Source of the DNA: an uncultured Lentisphaeria bacterium
GTDB taxonomy: Bacteria > Fidelibacterota > UBA8477 > JABMPR01
Length of the DNA: 64,000 nt
Assembly (NCBI GenBank): GCA_964578155.1
Contig: CAZOBQ010000001.1
Location: forward strand, 2,670-66,669
Direction: 5' to 3'
Made by a program: the position numbers and the translations under genes. The notes beneath the pieces are model-generated. The model did no database searches. It saw only the letters and a program-made list of their open reading frames with translations, and had not been told where the DNA came from. This document shows positions 35,244 to 45,201 of this stretch, piece by piece; the stretch's first letter is position 1, and every line of letters starts with the position of its first letter.

Positions 35244-36278
35244 TCATTCATTCGCGTCTAATTCTTCTTTGTCTTCTGACTCTTCTGTTTCTTCGGGTGG
35301 CTCAATTTCCACAGCTAGCAAGGTGTTTTTAATATCATTCTTCCACGAAACAACGGTATCTGCCTTGAATCGAACCTGTGCTTCACCATAAGACCAATTA
35401 TTGCCATCAAGAAGGTCAGGAGCACCGTGTAAGGCTGCTACGTCTATTTTTCTGGCGCCAATACTAAAATACTCAAGGGTATCATTCCAGCTGGAATCAA
35501 GCAGCATATCTATATATAAGGGGCTAAGCTCTGATGATATCCAGCCTATTACTGAATCACCTGAGAAAAACACCGTTGAGTGACCATAGCGCCAATGTGG
35601 ACCACTTATCTTTAGAGGGGGACCCTGAACAAAGGAAACCCATTCTTTATTTGAACCCAAAGTGAAAAATGTATCAAGGAAGGTCCACTTTTCCTCATCT
35701 TCTTCCTCTTCCTCAGCGTACTCATCTTTGAGACTATCTACGATTGTGAGAAGGGGAGGTCTTCTTTCCACTTTTGGTTGATTTAGATAGGCTTCAACCC
35801 GGTCTTTTGGTGAGTCTGACAGAGAAGATGCTATCATGTAAAAAACACCTACCACTAGAAGTAATAATGTGGTGACAATCCAGGAAGCGTGACTGGGCTT
35901 ATAACTTGCAGCAACACGTTGCTGCCTTTCCATCTCTTCTTCTGGCGCTTCTGCTTTTGGAGCTGGCTCTTCTGTGGTTGTTTCTTGATCGGGAGGTGTG
36001 TCATAGGAGGTTCTTTGACCCTGTTTTTGTTTCTCACCTCTATTTACAAATCGGAAATGTCCATGTTTTTTTAAATAGTCCAGAGCGACCATTTTGGCTT
36101 CATTAATGATCTTGATCTGTTCTTCAGTCTTGGCACCAAGGCGCTCATCACCTTGAAATCTATCTGGGTGCCAGATCCTGGCCAGGTCTTTATAGGCTAG
36201 CTTTACATCCTGTTCTGTGGCTTCTTTGCTTACTCCGAGCTGCTTCAGAGCATCCGCTATCTGCATGCCTTTGGCCAT
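35244..36278 (-). CDS. J-domain membrane protein with C-terminal tandem BamE/SmpA-OmlA-like repeats
   Basis: 344 aa. The N-terminal J domain is LGVSKEATEQDVKLAYKDLARIWHPDRF (HPD). An acidic/Pro-rich linker and the TM helix WIVTTLLLLVVGVFYMIA follow. Two about 45-aa repeats have the form G...V....G.P......W.YG...V.F..D.V..W. Confidence 0.78.
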   Translation of the reverse strand: MAKGMQIADALKQLGVSKEATEQDVKLAYKDLARIWHPDRFQGDERLGAKTEEQIKIINEAKMVALDYLKKHGHFRFVNRGEKQKQGQRTSYDTPPDQETTTEEPAPKAEAPEEEMERQQRVAASYKPSHASWIVTTLLLLVVGVFYMIASSLSDSPKDRVEAYLNQPKVERRPPLLTIVDSLKDEYAEEEEEDEEKWTFLDTFFTLGSNKEWVSFVQGPPLKISGPHWRYGHSTVFFSGDSVIGWISSELSPLYIDMLLDSSWNDTLEYFSIGARKIDVAALHGAPDLLDGNNWSYGEAQVRFKADTVVSWKNDIKNTLLAVEIEPPEETEESEDKEELDANE

Positions 36279-36442
36279 GACTTAGTCCAGGCCTCTACTC
36301 TTTAATAAATTGTTTTTCATACAGCCTGTAATTTAGAATGATTTTTTTGTGCCTGCTGTAGTTTTTATTCCCAAAAACCATGGATAAGTTGATTGTTAAA
36401 CGTGACATGTATCTGCATTGTAATCTATGCTTTATGTGTAAT

Positions 36443-37291
36443 TTATTTCTGGTAGCGCGTTAAAACGCTCATACCCAAACCCAGAGGTATTGAATGCCAT
36501 TCCCCCTGACTGGTTTTGCGGAAAAAGGTTTTGCCGCTTAGGAAGCCGGTTCTTAGCGTGAGACTGCCCTCGCCAAGCTCTCTGACATATTCCAGCGAGA
36601 TCACAAAATCATCTTGAACCATGATATGATAAGGTATCAAATCTATAACAATATCCTCGGAGGTGAAGTCAGTCAACGTGATATATATAGGCTCCTTCAG
36701 AATATTCGGACCTGGATTACCGTTTTTCATCTCATAGACATTCAGACGATAAAAAACTGTATCATAGGACGCTGCCAAACCGTGCAGTCGGAGCTCTTTT
36801 AAAAGGGTTGGGCGTTTCTTTATTTTAACTCGAATTCCCATCTCATAGCCAAGACTGTCGTTTGCAAAGCCAGCATAGGCCTTTTTTATAGGATTCGGAT
36901 TACCCACAACCTTTTCTGCATATTCTCGAGGGAAAACCACAACTTTCTGCATTTCCAATATTTTGGGGATAAGTTGGATATCACAATATGTTGAACAGCC
37001 CTGAGCGATCTCTGAGATTGAAACATCATAGCTTTCATAGCCAATAAATGAGAACCGAAGCGTTTTGTCTTGGACCTCACCTGTCAAATCCAGAAAAAAA
37101 TAGCCATGATCATCTGAAACCGTCCCGCGATCACCTCTCAGAACACCAATATTGACATAAGGAATGGCCTCGTTTGTCTCTTGGTCAAAAACTCGACCTT
37201 TGATATTCTGACCAATACCCGTGAGCGGCAAAACCAGTGTTATTGTCCAAATGTACCGAATTAGGTAAACCATAGAATTATACACTCTCAA
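36443..37291 (-). CDS. Carboxypeptidase-regulatory-like (CarboxypepD_reg) domain protein
   Basis: 282 aa with a signal-like N-terminus, then IKGRVFDQETNEAIPYVNIGVLRGDRGTVSDDHGYFFL. The start is uncertain (TTG 37291 or ATG 37273). Confidence 0.6.
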   Translation of the reverse strand: MRVYNSMVYLIRYIWTITLVLPLTGIGQNIKGRVFDQETNEAIPYVNIGVLRGDRGTVSDDHGYFFLDLTGEVQDKTLRFSFIGYESYDVSISEIAQGCSTYCDIQLIPKILEMQKVVVFPREYAEKVVGNPNPIKKAYAGFANDSLGYEMGIRVKIKKRPTLLKELRLHGLAASYDTVFYRLNVYEMKNGNPGPNILKEPIYITLTDFTSEDIVIDLIPYHIMVQDDFVISLEYVRELGEGSLTLRTGFLSGKTFFRKTSQGEWHSIPLGLGMSVLTRYQK

Positions 37292-37306
37292 CAGTCTTGT
37301 TTTTAT

Positions 37307-38449
37307 CTATAAATGTCTTTTTTGAAAGGCCCACAGGCCGATAACAAAATATATCAATGTTACGAATAACAACGCTGAGAGTTCCGGGAGAATGTCGTTA
37401 AAACCCAGACCCATAATGCTGACTTTATTCAAGGCGTTTATGGCGTGTGTAGGAGACATTAAACTTTGCCAGCTCAAAGCATATCCCTTGATGTAAAACC
37501 AGGCTTTCGCCTGAATGGGAAAAGCAGCTCCAGTAAAAAACATAAACAGAAAGAGAGGAAAGTTGCCTACCACCAGGACATCTGTGACAGACCGTATTAC
37601 AGACGCCAACAATAAGCTAAATGCGATCATGCTGACGCTGGTGAGCACAGCGATCAGTAAGAAGAGAGAAAATGAGCCTCGCATCTCAAATCCCAGGGTC
37701 ACTGCTGAAGCCAGGGTCAGCAGAATTGCAATAATACCAATCATCACCTGTGTGCCACCTACACCAACGAGAAATTGCCAGGCTTTTATTCTTGATAGCT
37801 TTAAGCGCAAAATGGTCTTTTGGTCTACTTCTGTTATGATGGCAATGGTGGCAGAAAACATGAGCATGATGATTGACAAAATAAGTATGCCTGGCATCCA
37901 AAGATCAAATTCACTGACCTTGCTTGAATATCCCAAAGCCGTTTCTTTGATCGTGTACAGCGGCGCATTGCCGGTTATAGATAAGGTGAACTTGTCCAAT
38001 ATCTCTCCCGCCCATATTGCTGAGATCATATAGGAATAACTGGTTAAATCGCCGACGAATTCAACTTCAGGAAGTTGTCCTGTGGGTTGCAGGAGTCTGT
38101 GGCTAAAATCGTGAGGGAGAATTAACAGGGCGTCCATGCCTCTGTTTTTCATTCGGGTAAACGCCTGGGTTCTATCGCTCGCCAGTTTCAATTTAAGACG
38201 AACTTCAGGGGTTTCGATAATTACAGACTTCATATGGGCAGGAAACTCTGCTCCCAAATTTATGGTGTCCCCCTGTGAAATGAATCCCTCGTCCAGATTC
38301 AAGAGAAGCACATCATAGCTGGGTTGGCTAGCCTCATTAATTAAGTAGTAAAGAAAGACAAAAAAGGGAGCCATGGAAATGGTGAGTAGAAGAATCCAAT
38401 AGTTCCGGAGTTGTTCCTTAATGCTCTTTATTATTATTGGCCAGACCAT
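37307..38449 (-). CDS. ABC-2 type transporter permease
   Basis: 380 aa with an N-terminal TM helix, a large extracytoplasmic loop, then 5 TM helices. This is the typical ABC-2 architecture. Confidence 0.8.
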   Translation of the reverse strand: MVWPIIIKSIKEQLRNYWILLLTISMAPFFVFLYYLINEASQPSYDVLLLNLDEGFISQGDTINLGAEFPAHMKSVIIETPEVRLKLKLASDRTQAFTRMKNRGMDALLILPHDFSHRLLQPTGQLPEVEFVGDLTSYSYMISAIWAGEILDKFTLSITGNAPLYTIKETALGYSSKVSEFDLWMPGILILSIIMLMFSATIAIITEVDQKTILRLKLSRIKAWQFLVGVGGTQVMIGIIAILLTLASAVTLGFEMRGSFSLFLLIAVLTSVSMIAFSLLLASVIRSVTDVLVVGNFPLFLFMFFTGAAFPIQAKAWFYIKGYALSWQSLMSPTHAINALNKVSIMGLGFNDILPELSALLFVTLIYFVIGLWAFQKRHL

Positions 38450-38474
38450 TGTCTCTCTAATTTCGTTTTCCTCT

Positions 38475-38599
38475 CGCGGAGAGCGCAGGGCCGCTGAGAG
38501 TTTTAATTAATACTCCCCTATAGTCATCGCGAGCGAATGATAGTGAGCGCGGTGATCTCAGATTAGAGATTGCTTCAGTCCTTACTCCTTCGCAAAGAC
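38475..38599. repeat. Composite repeat block inside the ABC ATPase-permease spacer
   Basis: 9-mers at 38475-38500. GTCATCGCGAGCGAATGATAGTGAGCGCGGTGATCTC at 38523-38559. The inverted relative GAGATTGCTTCAGTCCTTACTCCTTCGCAAAGAC at 38566-38599. Confidence 0.8.
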
Positions 38600-38608
38600 C
38601 TAATAGTA

Positions 38609-39529
38609 TCATTCTCTCAATGCCCTCCCGGTTAAATGAATGAATACATCCTCCAGAGAGGTCTTCCTTAATTGCATACTGCTATGCATGACCTGCTGTT
38701 GGTCTAGGATGGTGGTGATCTCGGACATTCTTTCCAGTATATCAATAGCCTGGATTTTCAGTGAGTTTCCAAAAAAACTAAGCTCTTTGCTGATGGGAGA
38801 AAGCGCTTGTCTCAGTTTTTCCTTATACTTGTCGTCCAGCTCATTTTCAATCGTGAATTCCAGTAAGTCACCCTCACCAATTGAATGCTTCAAATTCTCA
38901 AGCGTATCCAGTTTCAGGAGCTTGCCATGATCAATGATGGCAACCCGATCAGCCAGCTTTTCAGCTTCATCCATATTGTGGGTTGTTAAAATTATCGTTT
39001 TGCTTTGAGATAGCTCTTTGATCAAATCACGAACCATGACTCGACTTTGAGGATCCAAGCCGGATTCTGGTTCATCTAATATCAGAATGGGTGGTTCATG
39101 GATTAAAGCGAGTGCTATATTTAAGCGACGTTTCATTCCACCAGAAAGTTTTTCGGCTAAGACCTCTTTTTTTTTCGTAAGTCCTAATTGCTCCAGAAGG
39201 AAATGCGATCGTTTTTTTGCTTCATGGGAGGGGACAGCATGCATTTGTCCCATATAGACCAATTGTTCTAAACAAGTAAGACGTGGCCAGTAAATATTTT
39301 CTTGAGGACAGTAACCTATTTGTGATCTCAACGCTTCCGCTTGATTCCCCCAGAGAATTTCACCTCCATCAGGCTTTAGTAAGCCGCAGATCATTCGAAT
39401 GCTAGTTGTTTTACCGGCACCATTTGGACCAAGAAATCCAAGAATTTCACCGGCATGAACCTCAAGGCACAGGTCGTCCACGGCAAGTAGGTTGCCAAAT
39501 TTTTTTCTGAGATGGCTTATCGATATCAT
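38609..39529 (-). CDS. ABC transporter ATP-binding protein
   Basis: 306 aa with Walker A GPNGAGKTT, signature LSGGMKRRL and Walker B ILILDEP. Confidence 0.93.
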   Translation of the reverse strand: MISISHLRKKFGNLLAVDDLCLEVHAGEILGFLGPNGAGKTTSIRMICGLLKPDGGEILWGNQAEALRSQIGYCPQENIYWPRLTCLEQLVYMGQMHAVPSHEAKKRSHFLLEQLGLTKKKEVLAEKLSGGMKRRLNIALALIHEPPILILDEPESGLDPQSRVMVRDLIKELSQSKTIILTTHNMDEAEKLADRVAIIDHGKLLKLDTLENLKHSIGEGDLLEFTIENELDDKYKEKLRQALSPISKELSFFGNSLKIQAIDILERMSEITTILDQQQVMHSSMQLRKTSLEDVFIHLTGRALRE

Positions 39530-39606
39530 TGTTAGTCTGCTTTGCTGAAATATAGCAGAGATGAATCGAGAGATGGAGAATTAAAACCAGGACACTTGCT
39601 ATTGTA

Positions 39607-42600
39607 TTATTTGCTGCCCTCTGCAAATTGAGCATCAATTTCCAATTCCCTGACAGCACTTTCGATAGATTCTGCTGTGGGCATAACTCCCGTTCTCAAC
39701 TTCGTCGCCCTACGTCGGACATCATTGAAGAGACTCAACAGCACTGGTAAAATCAGGAGGGTACTGAAGGTTGAAACAAACAGGCCATAGGCGACGGCGA
39801 TGGCCATAGGTACAGTCTGTTGGGCATCAGGATTATTGGCAATAATGAGAGGAGCGAGCCCTGCAATGGTTGTCAAAGATGTGAGGAAAATCGGTCTAAA
39901 ACGCGAAAGCCCAGCTTCATAGATTGCCTCCATGTAATTCATACCTCGCTTCAGTCGACGATTCAGCGTTTCAATAAACACTATGGAATCATTAACAAGA
40001 ATTCCTATGAGAGCCACAATCCCAAAATAGGATGGCATATCAATGGGCGTGCCGTGAATGGCATGTCCCCATCCGATCCCAATAAATCCGATGGGAATTA
40101 GCATAAAGAGAATAGCGGTTTGACCAAATGACCTAAAAGTGAAGGCGATAACAGAAAAAAGAAGCACCAGAATGGCTGGGAGAATCTTCATCATAGATTC
40201 CTTCGCTTCACTCATACGCTCTTCGCGACCACCAGTGGAATAATTAACCCCTGGATATTTATTTAATATTCCTGGGAGAATAACGGAGACAACCTCTTTT
40301 TTAATCATGCCGAGGTCAATGGATTTATTTAATGCGTCCGCTTCCACTGTTACCTGGCGTTGTCCGTTCAGATGTCGAATGGTGCTCAGGCTGGTAGTAT
40401 ATTGAAGATCAGCAATATCTTTTAATTGAAAGGCTTTTCCTGTGCTTGTTCGAATACGCATCGTTTCCAGGTCGCCGATGGAAGAACGGTCTGTTCTAGC
40501 ATATCGTACCCAGATCTTAATTTCTTCTGTTCCGCGATTAATACGCTGGACCTCAGCTCCATAAAAGCCATTTCGTACTTGGCTCATCACCGTCTGAATA
40601 TCCAAACCTAACAGGAGTGCCTGTTCCTTCAGCACGATCTCTATTTCACGCATTCCCTGTTGGTTATCATCGATCACATTCTTTAGTCCGGAAAGATTCT
40701 TCAGCTCTGCTTTAAATTCTTCCACCGCTCGATCAAGGACTGCAACATCCTCCCCAAGCAGTGAAATAGAAACAGCTTTTCCAAATTGTGATGATTCTAT
40801 ATAGTTGATCCGCTCAACAGCAGGCAGGGGCCCCACTGCTTGTCGCCATGCATTAGAAAAATCGGTTGAAAGAAAATCTCTTTCTCGACTATCAATAAAA
40901 TTGACGGAAATTCCGCCTACATCTGCGGCTGTTTGTTGGTTAACGATGCTGGTGACTACTTCCTTACCCTCTTCTTTTGAAAACCTGTCGCTGATTTCAC
41001 GTGCCTTTTCCTCAAGCATGAGCAAGGTTGCATGGGTGACTGATTCAGGTGTCCCTGGTGGCATTTGAAGGCTTACATCAGAATGGCTCTGGTTCTCGAA
41101 GTCACTCCCACCCATTTGTATCACACCTCCAATAGCTGCTCCAATGGTGATGAGAAAAAGACCAGTAACTACCGTTAGTGTGATCAAGCGGTTTTCAAGA
41201 GCCTTTTTATAGACTGGTGCATACCAATTATCCCTTAGCAATGCCAGAGAGTAAGTGGATTTGATTTCAAGCCAGGAAGGTTTTCTGTCTGCCTTCAATG
41301 CTTTTGAATGGGCGATGTGTGCCGGCAGAATCAAAGCGCCTTCTATGAGCGAAACAAAGAGTGCTGCCATGACGACAAAAGCCATTTCCTTGAAAAATTG
41401 ACCAAAGGTACCCTCGATCAGCATAAATGCTGAAAAGGCGATCATGGTTGTGATGATAGCAGACGTTACGGCTGGAAGCACTTCCAAGGCACCATCAATT
41501 GCAGCCTGGATGCGTCGTTTACCCTTTTCATGGTGCTGGTAAATATTCTCGGCAATCACGATTCCATCATCAACCAAAATTCCAACTACCAGAATCATTC
41601 CAAACATGGATATACGGTTCAATGTGATGTCAAAAAGGGCTGCCAGGGCGAACATGCCCAAAAAAGAAATTGGAATTGAAAGTGCAACCCAGAATGCCAT
41701 CCTCGGGTTTAGCGCCATGGAAAGAAAAATGAGTACCAGGATGAAACCGACAATACCGTTATTCGCCAGAATGGCCTGCATGCTCCGAACAGAGTCAGCC
41801 TGGTTTCCAAGGATCTTAGCTTGAAGAACATCGTTCCTCAGGTTGAACTTTTCTACATAGTCTTCAACGATATCGGCGACATGGATGATATCCTCTTCAC
41901 TGGTATATTTAACCTTAATCAGTGCCGCTGGTTTTCCGTCCACATAAACAGCATTTGGATCCTGAGCCCATTGCTCTTTTACATCGGCGACATCAGATAG
42001 GCGGAGTACAGTCCCATCACTGTGAGATCTCAAAACGATGCTATTCAGATCGATTGCATAATATTTTTTCTGTCGGGTTCTGATACTCAGATCTTCGGAT
42101 TCTCCCCGAATATTTCCTCCGGTAAGATCAATGTTGGTATTTTTGATTACACTAACTGCCTGGGACAGGGAAATTCCATAAGTTTCCAGGTCATTCTCTC
42201 TGAATGCGATCTCAATCTCTTCATCCGGAAAACCACTAATCTCAATCTTACTGACCCCTTTTATCGCTAAAAGGTCGTCTTCTACACGCAATACCGCTTG
42301 CTTGATCTGGGTTAGTTCAACATCACCATTGATCATAAAATCAATGGCATCTGAGCGAAACTCCCATTTGCTGGCTCTTGGCGGCTCAATACTGGTGGGA
42401 AATGAGCTGATTCCATCCACAGCGTTCTTGATATCCTGTAGGACCAGGTCAGCGTCAACTCCACTAACCAGCTGGGCTGTCACAGTTCCCAGGTTTTCTC
42501 TTGAGATAGAGGTTAACTTTTTGATCCCCGAAAGACCCTGTAAGCTCTGCTCAATTTTTAGGATCACACCCTGTTCCACCTCTTCTGGGGAAGCACCTGG

Positions 42601-42756
42601 GTAAACCGTGGTAATATTTATGACTCCGGGATCAATCTGGGGAATCAGTGTTGAGCGCAAAGATGAAAACCCAAACCATCCTAGAAACAAGATCAACAGG
42701 ATTAATACATTCCCACCTGTGGAATATTTAATGAAATATTGAATGATGCCTTTCAT
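39607..42756 (-). CDS. RND efflux transporter permease (AcrB/HAE family)
   Basis: 1049 aa with 12-TM/2 large-loop architecture and conserved RND motifs (GILVDDGIVIAENI, GILVNDSIVFIE). Confidence 0.93.
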   Translation of the reverse strand: MKGIIQYFIKYSTGGNVLILLILFLGWFGFSSLRSTLIPQIDPGVINITTVYPGASPEEVEQGVILKIEQSLQGLSGIKKLTSISRENLGTVTAQLVSGVDADLVLQDIKNAVDGISSFPTSIEPPRASKWEFRSDAIDFMINGDVELTQIKQAVLRVEDDLLAIKGVSKIEISGFPDEEIEIAFRENDLETYGISLSQAVSVIKNTNIDLTGGNIRGESEDLSIRTRQKKYYAIDLNSIVLRSHSDGTVLRLSDVADVKEQWAQDPNAVYVDGKPAALIKVKYTSEEDIIHVADIVEDYVEKFNLRNDVLQAKILGNQADSVRSMQAILANNGIVGFILVLIFLSMALNPRMAFWVALSIPISFLGMFALAALFDITLNRISMFGMILVVGILVDDGIVIAENIYQHHEKGKRRIQAAIDGALEVLPAVTSAIITTMIAFSAFMLIEGTFGQFFKEMAFVVMAALFVSLIEGALILPAHIAHSKALKADRKPSWLEIKSTYSLALLRDNWYAPVYKKALENRLITLTVVTGLFLITIGAAIGGVIQMGGSDFENQSHSDVSLQMPPGTPESVTHATLLMLEEKAREISDRFSKEEGKEVVTSIVNQQTAADVGGISVNFIDSRERDFLSTDFSNAWRQAVGPLPAVERINYIESSQFGKAVSISLLGEDVAVLDRAVEEFKAELKNLSGLKNVIDDNQQGMREIEIVLKEQALLLGLDIQTVMSQVRNGFYGAEVQRINRGTEEIKIWVRYARTDRSSIGDLETMRIRTSTGKAFQLKDIADLQYTTSLSTIRHLNGQRQVTVEADALNKSIDLGMIKKEVVSVILPGILNKYPGVNYSTGGREERMSEAKESMMKILPAILVLLFSVIAFTFRSFGQTAILFMLIPIGFIGIGWGHAIHGTPIDMPSYFGIVALIGILVNDSIVFIETLNRRLKRGMNYMEAIYEAGLSRFRPIFLTSLTTIAGLAPLIIANNPDAQQTVPMAIAVAYGLFVSTFSTLLILPVLLSLFNDVRRRATKLRTGVMPTAESIESAVRELEIDAQFAEGSK

Positions 42757-42768
42757 GGGTCTAGAGCC

Positions 42769-43920
42769 CTAGGCTTTCTTCTTTGTGGGATCTATAGGCT
42801 TGTCTTTTTCTGCGCCTGAAACTTTCACCTCAGCACCATCATAAAGATTCAAGGTTTTCGTGGATAATAATATCCCGTTGGGAAGTCCTTTGACCACGGC
42901 ATTTTCGCCTTGAGTCGAGATCACATCAACTTCACGGTATTTGATTGCGCCATTGATATACTCCAGGGCAACGTTCCCATTGTGAAGCATTTTTCGGGGC
43001 AGATTAAGGGCGTCAACGAAGGAACTGGTCAACACCATGCCTTGAAGAAACATGCCATCTCGGAGCTCTGGTGCTGAAAGTTCGGCAAAAACCTTTACCA
43101 TCTGGCTGTTTTCGTCCATCCCCACATTCACACGTGTAACAGTGGCTGTCCACGAACCTTTAATGTTCTCGCTCTCCAACTGTACCTTATCGCCAACATT
43201 AATTTGATCAACTTCATCAGTACTGACGCTGGTCTCGAAATCATATACACTAGGATTGATCAAGACTCCCAGGGATTGTCCCACGCGAACCAAATTTCCG
43301 GGCGTGATTTTACTCTGGATCAAGACCCCGTCAAAAGGTGCCCGAATGGTGAATTTTCCCAATCTGGATTCCAGGGATTTGATCTGATAATAACTGGTAA
43401 AAATACCTCTCGCAGCGACAAACAGTTTTTCACGTTCATTTAGGGGCTGGGGCAGTGGTTTTACTCTTGTTTCAATATCACAGTCCTGCAGATAGTCGTT
43501 CCACTGTTTATAGCTTTCCTGGTGGTCGAATTTCAGTTCAGGTAAAAGTGCTGCAATGGCGGTAAGAAGACTGCTTCGCTGGGCTTTTAAGCTCAGTAAC
43601 GTTTCTTCCAGATTGATCCGCAACATCACATCACCTTTTTTGTAGCTCTGACCTGTAAGGAATTCTTTGTGATTAACCTCCAGCACGCCTGTGACCTCTG
43701 CCAAAATGTCGACTTTTTGCTGTGCTGAAAGTCTTCCAATCACAGGAACTGTGAGTTGGATAGAGCTGTTTTCTACTGTTAAGGTATTGATTACAGGGCG
43801 GGTGTCCGTCGGTGGTTTTCTTTTTGGGGTGGACTTAAGGGATATGAGCAATAACATCAGTCCAACTGAGATCACGATGACCGCAGAAAGGATACTTATT
43901 TGCTTCATTTTATGTGTCAT
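42769..43920 (-). CDS. RND efflux periplasmic adaptor (membrane fusion protein)
   Basis: 383 aa with an N-terminal anchor and lipoyl/beta-barrel MFP motifs (IRAPFDGVL, GQSLGVLI), 12 nt upstream of the RND gene. Confidence 0.85.
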   Translation of the reverse strand: MTHKMKQISILSAVIVISVGLMLLLISLKSTPKRKPPTDTRPVINTLTVENSSIQLTVPVIGRLSAQQKVDILAEVTGVLEVNHKEFLTGQSYKKGDVMLRINLEETLLSLKAQRSSLLTAIAALLPELKFDHQESYKQWNDYLQDCDIETRVKPLPQPLNEREKLFVAARGIFTSYYQIKSLESRLGKFTIRAPFDGVLIQSKITPGNLVRVGQSLGVLINPSVYDFETSVSTDEVDQINVGDKVQLESENIKGSWTATVTRVNVGMDENSQMVKVFAELSAPELRDGMFLQGMVLTSSFVDALNLPRKMLHNGNVALEYINGAIKYREVDVISTQGENAVVKGLPNGILLSTKTLNLYDGAEVKVSGAEKDKPIDPTKKKA

Positions 43921-44013
43921 TCTTTAATTCTCCAATCATTGAGCATCTTTATAGTGGGCTGAATATAACCCTTGTTAGACACCGCCATACCGAATTGGTT
44001 AAGGATTACAGGT

Positions 44014-44478
44014 TTACTTTCTGGCCTTGCCAGTGATTTGATCCATGGAAATAGAAAAGACCCGCGTCCTAAAGTCTAAAGCCTCGATATAGTCATCACC
44101 CCCTTTAACCAGGCCTGGTGAATATTTTGCAGCTAAAGCCTGAAGGGATTTGAATTTCTCTTTTCCTTCACGCTCAGAGATTCTCCCAAAGACAATAGTG
44201 CTTTCATAACGAGTAGAGAATTTTTCGGGAAGGATCTCCGTCTTTCCAACAACACAAAATGAGACACGAACTTCATGCTCAAAGTTTGAGATTTTATGAC
44301 CTTCAGTAGCCGAATGAAAATCGATACACCCATCGTATATAACATAACTAACTGGGGTACCATAGGGTTGACCATCTGGACTCACAGAAGAGATGACACC
44401 ATGTTCACCATTGTCTAAAATGGTCATGGCATCTTCTGTTGAGAGCTCTCGGTCTTTGCGGCGCATTGGGTATTTCAC
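44014..44478 (-). CDS. Pyridoxamine 5'-phosphate oxidase-like FMN-binding protein (NimA-like)
   Basis: 154 aa with MRRKDRE..., PYGTPVSY and the ...FHSATEGHK pattern typical of the Pyridox_ox_2 family. Confidence 0.72.
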   Translation of the reverse strand: MKYPMRRKDRELSTEDAMTILDNGEHGVISSVSPDGQPYGTPVSYVIYDGCIDFHSATEGHKISNFEHEVRVSFCVVGKTEILPEKFSTRYESTIVFGRISEREGKEKFKSLQALAAKYSPGLVKGGDDYIEALDFRTRVFSISMDQITGKARK

Positions 44479-44504
44479 GGGAAATGATTATGTTGGCTAT
44501 TACC

Positions 44505-44528
44505 AGGCTGGGATTTGAATCCCAGCCT
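44505..44528. other. Perfect 10-bp hairpin between the cyclophilin and PNPOx-like genes
   Basis: AGGCTGGGAT-TTGA-ATCCCAGCCT. No T-run follows on the transcribed (minus) strand. Confidence 0.4.
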
Positions 44529-44541
44529 TGAGTTGTAAATA

Positions 44542-45024
44542 TTAACCTTCTGTAATCGTAACCTTTTCCATAACATCACCACCCTGAATGCTGTTCAGAA
44601 CAGCAACATCAGAAGTGAGCTTTCCGAAGACAGTATGGCGACCATCAAGATGAGGTTGGGAAGCGTGGGTAATAAAGAACTGGCTACCATTTGTCCCGGG
44701 ACCAGCATTGGCCATAGAGATCACATTATCTATGTGACGTAAAGGATTGTTGGCAAATTCATCTTCGAACTGGTAGCCTGGACCACCCATTCCTGAGCCA
44801 GTTGGATCGCCACCCTGTACCATGAAATTTGGGATTACCCGATGGAAACTAACACCATCGTAATAGCCTTCGCGAGCGAGAAATACGAAGTTGTTTACTG
44901 TTTTGGGGGCATGTTGTGCAGAAAGCTCAAGGGTCATACTGCCCTTATTTGTAACGATCTCTGCTATATAATTTTTACTGGTATCAATTGTTAGTTCTGG
45001 TGCTGAATCCCATTGTTGTGACAT
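44542..45024 (-). CDS. Peptidyl-prolyl cis-trans isomerase, cyclophilin type
   Basis: 160 aa with FHRVIPNFMVQGGDP and SMANAGPGTNGSQFFIT. Confidence 0.93.
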   Translation of the reverse strand: MSQQWDSAPELTIDTSKNYIAEIVTNKGSMTLELSAQHAPKTVNNFVFLAREGYYDGVSFHRVIPNFMVQGGDPTGSGMGGPGYQFEDEFANNPLRHIDNVISMANAGPGTNGSQFFITHASQPHLDGRHTVFGKLTSDVAVLNSIQGGDVMEKVTITEG

Positions 45025-45201
45025 GATTATTCTCTCTCTTTTTTGGGCTCAATTCTGTTTATCTAATGTAAAACTGATGTCTCTTAGAATCGAGACAAAG
45101 TCCTCTCGAATAAGCTATTCGACATAGTCATTAACCCAACATTTATCCTATTGTTCCAATCATATTTGACTGCGTGAAATATCGGACTGTGAGGGTAGAA
45201 T

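Noticed and set aside
37515-38033. 172-aa plus-strand ORF
   Set aside because: It is entirely antisense to the ABC-2 permease gene. It has low-complexity Ser/Thr/Ile-rich composition, no RBS and no motif. It is a typical antisense shadow.
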